Positions 34,941 to 47,000 of a stretch of DNA of 64,000 nucleotides are shown piece after piece. The position numbers and the translations under genes are program-made. Source of the DNA: Botryllus schlosseri (lineage: Eukaryota). Under the pieces are notes generated by a model. The model saw only the letters and a list, made by a program, of their open reading frames with translations. It searched no databases and was not told the DNA's origin. Within the stretch, counting starts at the first letter, position 1; each line of letters opens with the position of its first letter. The stretch covers positions 30,442,001 to 30,506,000 of the forward strand of contig CM119372.1 in NCBI GenBank assembly GCA_051294905.1, written 5' to 3'.

Positions 34941-35414
34941 TAGGCTTACCATACGTCCTCTTTTAAGAGGATGTGTCCTCTTTTTTGACTTCTTTGAAAG
35001 TGTCCTCGGAGAACGCCCTTTTGACCTCTTTTTTGAGATTTTGTCCTCTGTTTTGAAAATTTAGGTCAGATTTAGAGCAAATTACGAGTGATATGCCGCA
35101 AATTAGCACAGAAGTGAAGCTCCGGCGGGTATTTATTTCGGACTGAAAAACCTTAGATTAAGAAAAACGGTGATTTTAGCTCTGAGCGAAAAGATGACCT
35201 TTTTTTTTTTATTCATCCACCTGGCAATGTGGAGAGAAAAACGGTATTTTGAGCTCTGAGCGGGGTAAAGATGACCTTTTTTTTAGTCAACCGATCACAA
35301 AGTGGGAAAAATTCACCGGTTTTTGAGATTTTTGAGAATTCTACTCCGGTTTTGCAAGTTGCAAATTTCTGAAAAAGTGTCCTCTTTTTAGATTTCCAAA
35401 ATATGGTAAGCCTA
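34941..35414. mobile_element. hAT-type MITE (474 bp)
   Basis: TIR TAGGCTTACCATA, perfect 8-bp TSD CTATAACC, subterminal GTCCTC repeats. Confidence 0.9.
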
Positions 35415-35598
35415 CTATAACCAGCTACAGTCAGTGGTTTGGTTGCTCGAGCCATTGCGCAACTGCAGCGTTGTTATACCTATATATCGGTAAAACATTA
35501 TTTATAGATCCGGATCAATGAAAGCACGCGGTACGACGGGGCACGCAATACTCCAATAATAAATCGTCAGTTTATATTCTCATCTGAACAAGGCACAC

Positions 35599-35837
35599 AC
35601 CGAGCGAGATAGTGTAATGGTTTCGCGATCGGTAGGTCGTGGGTTCGATCCCCTGCCAGGTCAGACCAAGACTCGAAAACTGGTATCCGCGGCTATCCTG
35701 CTATAGGCTCTCAGCAATCACGGATAGCATGGAGGAGAAAAAACCAGGGGTGCAGACTAGATGACCTTACTATAAAGGCCGTATCGCATCTCCGTCGTCA
35801 AAGAATCTCGATGGTGCAGGCGAAAAAGAATACCATA

Positions 35838-35873
<36 letters not shown>

Positions 35874-35876
35874 ACA
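35599..35876 (+). mobile_element. Intact tRNA-derived SINE (family A) with (TC)n(CA)n tail
   Basis: A-box TAGTGTAATGG, B-box GGTTCGATCC, unique body shared with the split copy at 15438/19427. Confidence 0.82.
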
Positions 35877-36319
35877 ATGTGATGTAATGAACAGCTAGGA
35901 GGATGCCGAGCGACCAGTTGCAGTAGCAGTCTCGTAAACTGGGATCGACCTTTGCCCAGTGGCTGATTCCTTTCTCGCGGCTCTTCCTTGCACTTTTCAT
36001 TCCTTGCTCTTTCCATCGGGTATTTTTGTCGCCGTAAGAACATTGACGCGGGGGAAGACGAGGGCAGAACAACCTCCGACGCGGAATTGAGCCGATGCCC
36101 CATGGGCGGTAGGGGTTTATCGTCACCACTACGCTAAACGCTATTCCCCACATCACGGTACAGTCTTCTTGGGTGATATTATTACTTCGTCGGTCCTTTT
36201 TTGAAGCTATTTCTTGCTCTTTCTTTATCGGGCCTTTCTTTCTGGGCTTTTTGTAGCCCTAAGAACAGCGACGCGGGAGACGAGGAGCCCCGATGGCGAG
36301 AATCAAACCAGGACCACCT

Positions 36320-36410
36320 GCACCACAAAAGTGCGATACAATGAAATGATAGGGATGTGTCGAAACGACCTGCAGTAGTCTTTGAGATCAGACACCCACC
36401 ATGGCCTATA
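36320..36410 (-). mobile_element. Diverged fragment of the LINE 3' UTR
   Basis: CACCACAAAA.TGCGATACAATGAAA..GACACCCACC.TGGCCTA similar to 34197-34285. Confidence 0.6.
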
Positions 36411-38192
36411 GACCAGTGGTTCCCAACCTTTTTCGACTCATCGCCCCCTTTTGAAGCTCCACACCGACAATCGCCCCCCAAATATTGGGAACCGAAAAAC
36501 AGCACTTCGTCACCCCCCCCCCAAAAAAAAAAAAACGTTGGTCTTTGGCTCCATGGGGTGATAAACATAACCCCAGACCCCCTCAGCCAGTGGGCATTTT
36601 GTCGCTACATATCAGCTATACCCTATTTCATGTACTGTTTGGTGAGTCACCGTATTTCGCGTAAACGCGCGAAGCGCGAAAATATGGTTGATGTGGTATG
36701 TTGGAAAAGGTGGGACCCCTAAATAATAATTAAACATCTTCGGCTGAATCGTTGTTTTATTGACTTCTTTACATGATGCTATTTCGTGACCTCTTATATC
36801 TGCTATATCAGAAGATATGGAAATCGTCAAAACGTAACAAACTAAAAGACGCACATGATTTCATATTGGTATTTCTTTACTGGCAAATAATTTTTTCCTT
36901 GCGGGATGGCATTTGTCCTGTAGGGTCAAGGTCGCCAGGACAGGAACATTCGACGCCAGCCATTGAGGCGCCTATGGACAATTAAACATATATTTTCGGT
37001 CAGCACAAGGGCATTCCTTTTCGGCCAAGGTCTTCTCGCTGCTGATCGTTCTGGCACACTTCTCGGAGTCGCATGTTACATGGCATCGAACTTCATATGT
37101 CTTGGTGCGTCGTGGCGCAGTAATGGCCGACGCCGAAGTATCCTATTTCCATAAATCATACGTATTTTTGTTGGGTGACGGAGACCCCAACATCAAGATA
37201 CATCCCAGCAAACACAAAACCGTAAAAGGATCATCCGGGATCATCTCGGATCATCTCGATTAGGTTCTGATTTTCTAAGTGTCGGGGGAATGTCTAAAAT
37301 ACGTAGTAGGATGGTCTAGAGGTTATATTCAATCAAAATAAATTCCTACTCGGTGTTGTTCCATGACATGCATTAGACTTCGTTATATCCCGTTGTTAAC
37401 CTAATAATGCTAATTTTCTATCGCTTGCAGGTATGTCTAAAATACGTAGAAAGGATACTTCGGTGATACATTCAAAAACGATATATATTCCTATCCGGTG
37501 TTCTTCGATCTCATGCGAAAGCTTCGATATATCCATTAGAAAACATCATTAACCCTTCATTATGTTGCGTGAAGTGCAACTTACCCTGCTCCGGAAGCAT
37601 AATAACTCCGGAGCCTTCGGTTGAAAAGACCAGTCATGCGTATAGTAGCGTGCTGGTTCTGGTTGCTGCCGGACTGAAGCAGATTGCTGATGTCGGAAAA
37701 GAGGAAGTAAATATTCATAGACTAATTGGGTTGTCTTTTGTGTGTAGCGTTAGTGAATATTCCTAGATATTGAGAGCAGGCCGTCGGAAGTTTAGAACGG
37801 TACGACTAGCTTACTGTCTTGGGGTAGCTGGTTCTTTAGCAAACGTATTAGGACATTTACAGTGCACCGGGACGAAGTTAGCCATCAAATTCTAGCCATC
37901 AAAAATAAATATCAGAACTACTGTGTAGAATACCGCAGGTATCGGATGTATCACCAGGATCAAGTTTCCGGCCATGCCGCGGGGCAGCCATCGGCCACAT
38001 ACGATGTTTCGACGTAGGTTACGGTGAAATACTCATTAAATTGCCTTCAAATCAATAAAGCGTATAAATACTCGACTGATTTTATCGCATCACGTCATTT
38101 GTGAAACAACTAATAAAGAATATAAGCTCGACTAGCACCTCAACACTGTTAACTCAACACAGCTATCTCGCGAATGACTATCTCCCTCATGA

Positions 38193-38572
38193 GGGAAGCG
38201 AGTGGCGCAGTTGGTTAAACGCCAGCGCCACGACACCAATGGTAGTGATTCGAATCCCGGTTCGGACCAACTTCTATGTGTCGGAGGTTTCTCTGGGCTC
38301 CTCATCGCCGACCTCACTGCAGTAGCAGTGCTTTGAAAAGCCCAGACCGAAAGTGAGCCGTGCTACAAATCGGCATCAAAGACCGTGACGGGGGCGCATG
38401 GATGCGAGAGAGACTGTCTGAATGAGCGAAAGATTGAAGAAGTCGTCCCCAACATTACGAAAGACAAAGACCTATATGAACATTACAAACATTCATGTCG
38501 TGGTGCACATAGCCTGAAAAAGGCGAGAAGCACCACTGTAAAATGTGTAATAATAATAATAATAATAATAAT
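38193..38572 (+). mobile_element. tRNA-derived SINE (family B) with (TAA)n tail
   Basis: A-box TGGCGCAGTTGG, B-box GATTCGAATCC, no proper cloverleaf, TAA x8 tail at 38548-38572. Confidence 0.7.
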
Positions 38573-38897
38573 CTCCATCATGAAATTTTCACAGCTGCAA
38601 GGTATCGCTCTGCTGCAAACGAAATTTCGCAAAATGTAGTTTTAGCACACAAAATCTGGATTTGACAAAACAAATATTGCTCCGACACGCTAAACGCCGT
38701 ACCTCAAATGTCTCTAAACTATATGATACGCTCAACTAAACAGTCACTAAACTTAGAATCGAGTCCATCTTCTCCAAACTAGAGACTGTGGCAATGAATG
38801 GCGTTCACATATGTATAGTTTGCAGGCAAATCTGACACCACACAAATTGTCAACTATCTCCAAGTGGCGCATTCAAATTTATCACGAAAAATATTCG

Positions 38898-39815
38898 ACA
38901 CCAATTTTCAGCGATATCCAAGTGGCGCAAGGTGTCCAACGGACCCGATACGCTCGAATGCACAGTCATGAAAATTCAAATTTATGCACGAAAAATATTC
39001 GAAATTTTTCAAACTATACCCTGTGTCAAGGAATAGTTTTCATATACCTATAGCCTGTAGTTAAACGTAACAGCACACCGATTTTCAGCGATATCCAAGT
39101 GGCGCAAGGTGTCCAGCGGGCCCGATACGTTCGTCTGCTCAGTGATAAAAATTCAAATTTATTCACGAAAAATATTAGAAAATTTTCAAACTATAACCTG
39201 TGTCAAGAAATGACTTTCAAATATCTATAGCTTACAGTTACGCCAAGCAGCACACCGATTTTCAGCGATATCCAAGTGGCGCAAGGTGTCCAACGGACCC
39301 GATACGCTCGAATGCACAGTCATGAAAATTCAAATTTATGCACGAAAAATATTCGAAATTTTTCAAACTATACCCTGTGTCAAGGAATAGTTTTCATATA
39401 CCTATAGCCTGTAGTTAAACGTAACAGCACACCGATTTTCAGCGATATCCAAGTGGCGCAAGGTGTCCAGCGGGCCCGATACGTTCGTCTGCTCAGTGAT
39501 AAAAATTCAAATTTATTCACGAAAAATATTAGAAAATTTTCAAACTATAACCTGTGTCAAGGAATGACTTTCAAATATCTATAGCTTACAGTTACGCCTA
39601 GCAGCACACCGATTTTCAGCGATATCCAAGTGGCGCAAGGTGTCCAACGGGCCCGATACGTTCGTCTGCTCAGCGATAAAAATTCAAATTTATTCACGAA
39701 AAATATTCGAAAATTTTCAAACTATAACCTGTGTCAATGAATGACTTTCAAATACGAAGAGCTTACAGTTAAACCTAGCATTACACCAATTTTCAGCGAT
39801 ATCCAAGTGGCGCAA
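38898..39815. repeat. ~177-bp tandem array (A/B dimer of ~353 bp) forming one arm of a Foldback-like element
   Basis: CACC.ATTTTCAGCGATATCCAAGTGGCGCAA recurs at about 38898, 39075, 39251, 39428, 39605, 39782. Confidence 0.93.
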
Positions 39816-40369
39816 TGTATAACCAACCAAATATTAATAGCAGTGAGTGGTATTAAATGGAAAATAATAGTGAAATAATAATAAAATTGTGTGAATAAAT
39901 GTTTTTTTTACAAATGTATGTATCCATCAATCTGGATACGGCGGTATGAAATATCGACAGAAACGAAATTAAATGATACGAACATTCAAACAATAGTAAA
40001 AGAATAAAATAAAAATATTATTAAATAATGAAATTATGTAAATGAATAATTTCAAATGCCTATAGCACACAATACCTTTACAGAGTACCATAACACCAAT
40101 TGTCAGTGATATCAAAGTGGTGCAAGGTGTCCAGATGCGTGCCATGAACCAGGAAACTAAATTATAACTGACACACAATTATAATGAATACAATCATAGG
40201 ATCATACTAAATTTCAATCCCAATGAATAAATGAAAATAAAATGATAATAAATAATACAAACGGGCCAATGAATGATTTCAACATACATATGGCATACAG
40301 TCAGGCCATAATAAATTGTAGCAATATTCGAGTGGCTCGAAGGTGCCAAACACCATCCACTAAGTGAGC

Positions 40370-43300
40370 TCATCTTCTCGTCGCACAGGAATTGCATTGC
40401 CATGGTTTAGCCTCATTTTCCTGTACTTCTTTCGGAATGGTCGTTGGAGAACATCGAGCATGAATCCATTCCTTACAGGAAGAGCATTCAACCATATCAC
40501 CGTGCTTTGTGACGTATGGCAGTTTGCAGAGACAGTAAGTCTTCACAGAAATAGTTGCTCGTGGTTGTGGAGCTTCTTCAACACTGCTATGCATTTTTCG
40601 AACAATGTTGTCCTCCATCATACCACGACAAGTTCTTCGCAGTTCGGCCTCAGTGAACTCGGCGCATTCGGGTCGGACGTCGAAACAAATGCAAATGGCA
40701 TAGGCGATTGCCAGCACACCGCAGTTTCCTGAATTAGTTTGTTGTTGGACATCAGGAAAAATCATCTTCACATCTTGTGTGTTAGGACGGAGAAGTTTCG
40801 CGATGACGCATTGCGATGCCGCGTTGTAGGCATGCTTGTTATATGCGGAATCGTATACGCACACCTCTTGTGAGTTCGCAGCAAAATAATTTGACACTGT
40901 TACCCAATGATTATTATTGATGTTAATAATTTGGACAAATTTTGAATTCGGTGCATACGATACATCGCAATCCATTGTGTAGATGCTGCAACTGGAAAAG
41001 CCATCCACGCTAGGAAATTTCCTTGACATCATCCACATCAAATGGTCAATGATATCTCCATTCAGCCATGCATCCGCTGAATCTAGAATGCGTTTGCATG
41101 CGATGGAGACTTCGGTCAAACGGGGAGCGAGGAATTTTTCTACTTCGAATCGCCTATTGAGAGGCACTGGATCTGACGTGATTAGGTCCGATTCATTTGT
41201 AGTTTGGATGATTGAAACTCCACGAAACGACTTTGAAGGAGGTTGGAGATATTTTCCGACGGAAATATTTGGTGGGTTGTGTCTTCTTCGTTTTTCCATA
41301 TTTCTACCTCCTCCGCATTGCTCTCTGATGGAGTTCTATGAATTTTTGGATTTTTTTTGCTTCTTGAAGGTATCATATAATTGTCGTGAAATTCACGAAT
41401 CAGACCAAGGTGAAGATTATCATAAAGTATCGCCAATTCATCCAACCTAGAAACTCTTCGACCCTCTAACCTTGTGCTTTTCAATTCTTGGTTGGATTTT
41501 TCCATGATCCCGTTTGTACGGCAATTGCTAGTCAAATTTTGAAATTTTGATCGTTTCAATGACATAAAAACGTATTATAGTCCTTGTAGGCTTCACTAGT
41601 GCCAAAACGCGACAAATTGCCCGATAGCAGACTGGTGAAGAGGGGAATTCTTGGAAGAAAATTCTTCGTGAAGCTATCAAACATTTCAGGGCAGAAGAAA
41701 CGGTTTTCTCCGTGTTTTGCTGCAGCGTCTACTTCGCTCATTGCTGATGCAATTGTGTGGTTTAATTCCACGATGAACGGATCTTGATCATTGATTGCCG
41801 CGGAGTTGATTGTAAAGTCGTTCGATGTTTCGTCGTCATCGTCATCTTGACTTTCCTCAAAACTGGATACCATTTCATTCAATCCGATGTCACTCTCGAT
41901 GACTTGGCTGAAGAAATAGTGCGATCGTTGTGACAACGTCTCATTGGAAGAATTCAGCAGGATCGTCAAGTGGTGAATTTGGAGCTTGATGAATTTCCAA
42001 TTTGATGACCTCACCAATAAGCCGAATATAAACATCATTTCACTGTACCTGCGGGAGTTCTTTTTGCACAAGGTTTTAAAATTCTTCATGATGTGACTAG
42101 CACATAACCGTAGGAATGGCTTGTTCAAGTCACAAATTGAGGCATTTCCTGAAATGACGCGATGGCACCGAGCGATGTATATTGGTACCTGCTCTTCCAT
42201 GAATACGTGAAGTATTGATTTTATTAGGACAGTGCTTCCGTCGCAAATGAAAAGTCTAGCCGGCATTTTATTGCTATGACTTCTATTTGCATCACGACTG
42301 AAATAGAGCAGAAATGCTTCGATCTCAGCGACGTTGTGTCGACTGGTGAGAAATGAGGCCAATGCTATCGGAGCCTTCCTAGAGACAGGGTGTCTCGCTA
42401 CTAATTCATACATGTAGTATGTTCCATCTGCTCCACGGAGGATACTACCAGTTGCATCTATATAAATGGCGTCGATTCGCGATAAGTGATGGAAAATGCG
42501 GATGGTTTCTGACGACCAAAACATAATACCGAGTGGCTCAAAGTTCACCCGCTGCAGCGTTCCACGCACGAACCTTTTGTCTTTATCTTTGCAGCGCTGT
42601 CGATCAAGAATGAGGCGCAAAGATTTCCAGAGATCCTTGTGGGGAACCGGTATACGGTTAGCCTCTTGGCTGACTTTGTTCAAAACAGACTGTGAAGGAG
42701 TTAAGTCTCGATTTCCAGAAGACCAAACGTCTTGTGGTAAATTACTCAAACACTTGATTGCAGTAATCCGAGGTTTATTGTTCTTCATGATTTTTTTAAA
42801 TTTAGCCCTTCGCTGCCCGGAAAGTTTGGTCGACTTCAATCCCATATGACGCATATCCCCGGAGAAATTTGCACACATTACTCTGGGTCTAGTACGATGG
42901 CAAGACACCTTTACTTTGCAGCTGCAAGTTTTGAATGTGCATCGTCCGTAACAAACGAAAACTGTTTTGGATTTTAACCCATTGAAGTTATGGCCTTTGA
43001 ATGCAAAACTGCAGTAAGGATTGAATTTTTTCAATCCCTTTCGAATGACGTCCGTCCAACCATTAAATTGCACAGTTCGTTCTCGAACTGAGTTAACAAT
43101 CCGAGACCAATTATGCATGCTAACTCGAAAATTCCCATTTTCCGGTCTTTTTTTAGGTCTCCAGACGCGGTCACGCGGTAACAAATGCGGTGCTGGCTCC
43201 GTGCAGCCGGGGGACGGATTACAGGATGGCTGGCAAGCTTCTGAAGAGACGTGCTGATGTGAATCTTCCACCTCAGAGACTGCATCACAGGAAGAGCTTT

Positions 43301-43952
43301 GAGACACCGAATCACAGAACGGTAGTTCTTCATGGGAGGGACTGTGACTCGCCAGACTTTCCTGAGGCTCGACACCATCAGACGAGGTGTCATCGAAATT
43401 CAAATTTTTTAGTGGCTGTTTAGACAAGCAAGCACCATTCACGAACTGTTGATTCGATTCCACAGCTTGGCACGATGAAGAATTCGATTTCTTAGATATG
43501 TGGTTGTAACCGGGGTTGAGATATGCATCGGATATTGATGCGTCTCCGTTCAAGCACACTTCGTATGACGGGACATCATCAGGGGGAGGATGCTTGGCCT
43601 CAGACTGTATAGCGGCCCGTTGCAACTGCTCCGATAAGTGGTTGAAACCAGGATTAGCATCTTCTTCTCCGTTCAAGCACGCTTCGTATGACGGGACATC
43701 ATCAGGAGGAGAATCCTGGGCCTTAGACAGCATAGCCGCTCTTTTCGATAATATAGCAACTTTGTGCCTAGCATATCGACTTCGTAGCAGCTTGATGTAC
43801 CGTTTCAAATTATCGTTACCACGACGACATTTTCCTATGAAATTTTGCGCTACGAGTTTCCACGTAGGTGTGATCCCGATGTCTGCTATGCAGAAATCAA
43901 CCAAAGCAGCAGCTATCTGGTCATCCGTCACAAACGTGTTGCGTGATGCCAT
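40370..43952 (-). CDS. MULE/NOF-type DDE transposase fused to Ulp1-like (C48) protease and PHD finger; broken by two 1-nt homopolymer frameshifts (41566-41570, 41291-41295)
   Basis: YIDATG, FICDGS, LCASH (CxxH), TNGIME; NHWVTV / YDSAY / QQ..SGNCG protease triad; C-terminal C4HC3 PHD. Adding one base to each 5-nt run gives a ~1194-aa ORF. Confidence 0.8.
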
Positions 43953-45313
43953 AATTTTGAAAACACGTTGTAATAAGGAGATTGCATAAAGGACGTTTTT
44001 GTAACGCAGTCGCAGTAAGCAATGAATGACTATTTGTAAAAATCGAGAGTTTTTATACTGAATGCGACCCCATGTCCGTCTCTATGCAACTACCCGCGTA
44101 AGTTGAACCGTCTCATTTTATGTGTATTCGACCTAACTGGCGCCAGCTGCGCGCAAAATCCACCTGCAGCATGACTATCTGGGCGTGTTCTGCAGGTGCA
44201 ATATGGCTTTGAAAAGCCGCGGTTCATCTGTTGTTGTTGTTGTCATTCTGGTTTGTTGGTGGTATTCATGGTGTTTGTCGACCACAATGGTGATTTACAC
44301 TAGGCCGATATGCTTTATTTTGATTTCGTAGCTGCCGACTTGTAGCACGGGTACTGCTAGGCTTTTTTAAAACACTGCGTACGCCAATGAGGTGGCGAGG
44401 AAGAGCCTAGATAAACATACAATAGATCGGTAGGAATTCTGGAGTCAACCTCGGTCGGACTCGAACTCGCAACTCATTGGAGCCACATAATGTTAACCAA
44501 GTCACAAGTCAATCAAAATGTATTAGTTTTAACCAGAGTCATCTTCAATTCACCACGAAGTCAAGTGCTTGCATGCCTACGTCAAGCAATCACGAGCGCC
44601 ACTTGGATATCGCTGAAAATTGGTGTAGTGTTGGGCGTAACTGTAGTCCAGAGGTCTCAAACTTACGTGTGCTCGCGGGCCATTTCCTAGATTTTGATGA
44701 CGCCGCGGGCCGCAGCATCAATAATAGCGACATTCAAGATTTTTCATAGCGCCTGTCCATTTTCAACACAATTTCTCACGGTACCTATATTAAAATCAGA
44801 AAGCTCATTCACATAGGACTATTTTCATGTTGAATAAATTGGCCTAAAAAATATTCCACAGCATATAGGCCTAATTCAACAGTAGTATATAAGTGCTCAT
44901 CCAGCTCCGCTCCAATCAAATCGCAGCATTTGATCACGTGACTACTTTTGAATTTCAAATCAAACAGAGAAAAGCGCGCGAAAGAGTTATATCAATAGTG
45001 CTTCAATAGGGACAATGGGTGACAATATATGTCAATAACGGGCGTGACCATCATTGTATTGACAATGATTGTGTCAGCTGATTGCATAATGGGTGTTAAT
45101 GGGTGTGGGTTAGGAGAGCGAACCGTGACAGCACAATGGGGTGTGTGCTATTGAACGTTACGGTATTGTGCAATGGTTAATACCGTAGACAAGTCCAAAG
45201 CTAGTGATATTACACCATACACAGCTTTGATTACGTGGCAAATTTGTAATTATATATTTTTTTAGTATCACTACAAATCATTCTTATTCCTATATATATA
45301 TATATATATATGT

Positions 45314-45631
45314 ATGTCGCTTATGAGATTATACCATCAAAGAAATCAAGGATTGCAATTGACAGAGATGTCGAGAATTACAGCTTCTGATGTATACGAC
45401 ATTATAGAGAGGGTTCATTACAAGACTTGGAAAAGATTTGCTCGAGATCAACTTAAGTTAACAGACTTAGAAATTGCTGATTGTGAATACGCGGATCCCA
45501 AGAACTTAACTGAACAATGCTATCAAATGATACAAATATGGGTTCGTAAAAATGGTCGATGTGCTACAATTGACAGACTCGATGAATTAGCTAATAGTTG
45601 TATGTACGATTGTACTACCACACGGAATTAG
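45314..45631 (+). CDS. Stand-alone death-domain protein
   Basis: WKRFARDQLKLTDLEI..E...NLTEQCYQMIQIWVRKNGRCATIDRL matches the death-fold consensus WkxlArxLglsexeI..EqxyqmLxxW..G..AT; helix 6 appears short or spliced. Confidence 0.75.
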   Translation: MSLMRLYHQRNQGLQLTEMSRITASDVYDIIERVHYKTWKRFARDQLKLTDLEIADCEYADPKNLTEQCYQMIQIWVRKNGRCATIDRLDELANSCMYDCTTTRN

Positions 45632-45766
45632 CTCGAGAAGAAAAATGAGAACAGTCCATTTGATTTACCGTTATCAGATTTGAATGTCTCAATGAGTTTA
45701 CCGTTGGGAATTAACGCGCCAAAAGTAGTTATTTAAACACCACTACGAGTGAGCGGGACATGAGAA

Positions 45767-45934
45767 ATGGATATACTTCTGAGTGAAGACTCCGATATCG
45801 CGTTCTACGTGATATTATGCTCTTGCATTAAAACCTATTGCTGCATCAATATATACAAGAAGAAAAGAGATTCCGAGATTGCAGAAGCTTGCAACGACCT
45901 TAAAGCTGCTATCTGTAAAGTCTTCGGGCAATGA
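45767..45934 (+). CDS. 55-aa Cys-rich orphan (below ORF-track cutoff)
   Basis: MDILLSEDSDIAFYVILCSCIKTYCC...VFGQ*; stop overlaps the next ATG (ATGA). Confidence 0.45.
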   Translation: MDILLSEDSDIAFYVILCSCIKTYCCINIYKKKRDSEIAEACNDLKAAICKVFGQ

Positions 45935-46128
45935 AGCTAATATTCATAATATTCTTATTGATGCTAAATTGGAAATCAACGGATGCTCCGGAATTAATAT
46001 ACCCTTTCACCGTGAAATATCACGAAGAGGACTGCTTAGCTACTGAGCAAGAAGCAATGAAATTGATTTTACGTTATATCGCGGCATATTCTTTGACTAA
46101 CTGTACGCATATTGAAATAAACTATTGA
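45931..46128 (+). CDS. Small putative secreted orphan
   Basis: N-terminal MKLIFIIFLLML signal-peptide-like segment; coupled to the upstream ORF. Confidence 0.45.
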   Translation: MKLIFIIFLLMLNWKSTDAPELIYPFTVKYHEEDCLATEQEAMKLILRYIAAYSLTNCTHIEINY

Positions 46129-46337
46129 ATGATGATTTGCATTGTCTTGACTCGACTTTGTTAGGTTGTGCTTTCAGTGCCATATAGTGCTACTATAGCT
46201 TCGTGGTTCTGCTACAATTTTACTAACACTAAAGCTTTGAGAATAGAGAGAGACACAAATGTAGGATGAGATTTTATTATTCAGACCAAATATGAATTTA
46301 CCATTTATTTTCCATTAACACATATTCAACCAGTAAT

Positions 46338-46922
46338 TTAAAATTGCTGAGAATTTTGCATCCATCCCGCAGGGCGATGTCCGTATTGAGGTGGCGGTGG
46401 TAGCGGTGACACACCAGCATTCATTCCATAATAGGCGTTTTGTGGTGCTGCATTCATGCCATTAGTCGCGAAGTTCGCTTGAGGATGATCTTTCGATTGG
46501 ATTTGACCCGATTCTGCGATGAAGCGAGATGTTTCCTGCAGAATGAACGATAGCGGACCACAGTCAGGATCCTGTACCACATTACCTATATAAAGATATA
46601 GTTTATTAGTACAGAATTTCATTACATATTTACAATCTAACATACTTGGAGAATAAATTGTAAATTCGTCTGCTGGGTTAATCTGCTGGAAACATTCAAC
46701 ACCATCACGAGTATAGGTCGCGACGAGTCCCCCTTTGTGCGTGAAGACGGCTTTGTATCGCTGAATGGCGCCTGAAGTACGATGTAAGCGCAATTGATGA
46801 TGATCAATTACATCATCATTTATGCTTTCAAGTCGTAGCTTCGATATGTTATTAAAAACATATAGCTCCTTCCTCAATGGACCGCCGACAATTCTACTAT
46901 CACCTCTTATTGCGATGCTCAT
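46338..46922 (-). CDS. Hypothetical protein with C-terminal PPxY motif
   Basis: 194-aa clean ORF; SPLPPPPQY at 46382-46408. Confidence 0.6.
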   Translation of the reverse strand: MSIAIRGDSRIVGGPLRKELYVFNNISKLRLESINDDVIDHHQLRLHRTSGAIQRYKAVFTHKGGLVATYTRDGVECFQQINPADEFTIYSPSMLDCKYVMKFCTNKLYLYIGNVVQDPDCGPLSFILQETSRFIAESGQIQSKDHPQANFATNGMNAAPQNAYYGMNAGVSPLPPPPQYGHRPAGWMQNSQQF

Positions 46923-47000
46923 ATTGATTCTAAATTAATATAGAAAACACAATATAGTTATTATTCAGTGAAAACATGAATCACCGCACGAGAAAATAGA

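Larger units (their letters stand above)
38898..44646 (-). mobile_element. NOF/Foldback-like MULE transposon
   Basis: Tandem-repeat arm on the left, one inverted partial unit at 44596-44646, internal transposase-protease gene. Confidence 0.7.

Noticed and set aside
35599-35670. tRNA-like heads at 35599, 19427 and 38193 as real tRNA genes
   Set aside because: They have A/B boxes but no complete cloverleaf, and continue into shared SINE bodies and microsatellite tails.
35990-36300. Two related SSSPAS.FL..QK peptide segments on the minus strand
   Set aside because: Short degenerate duplication without a start, domain or recognisable family.
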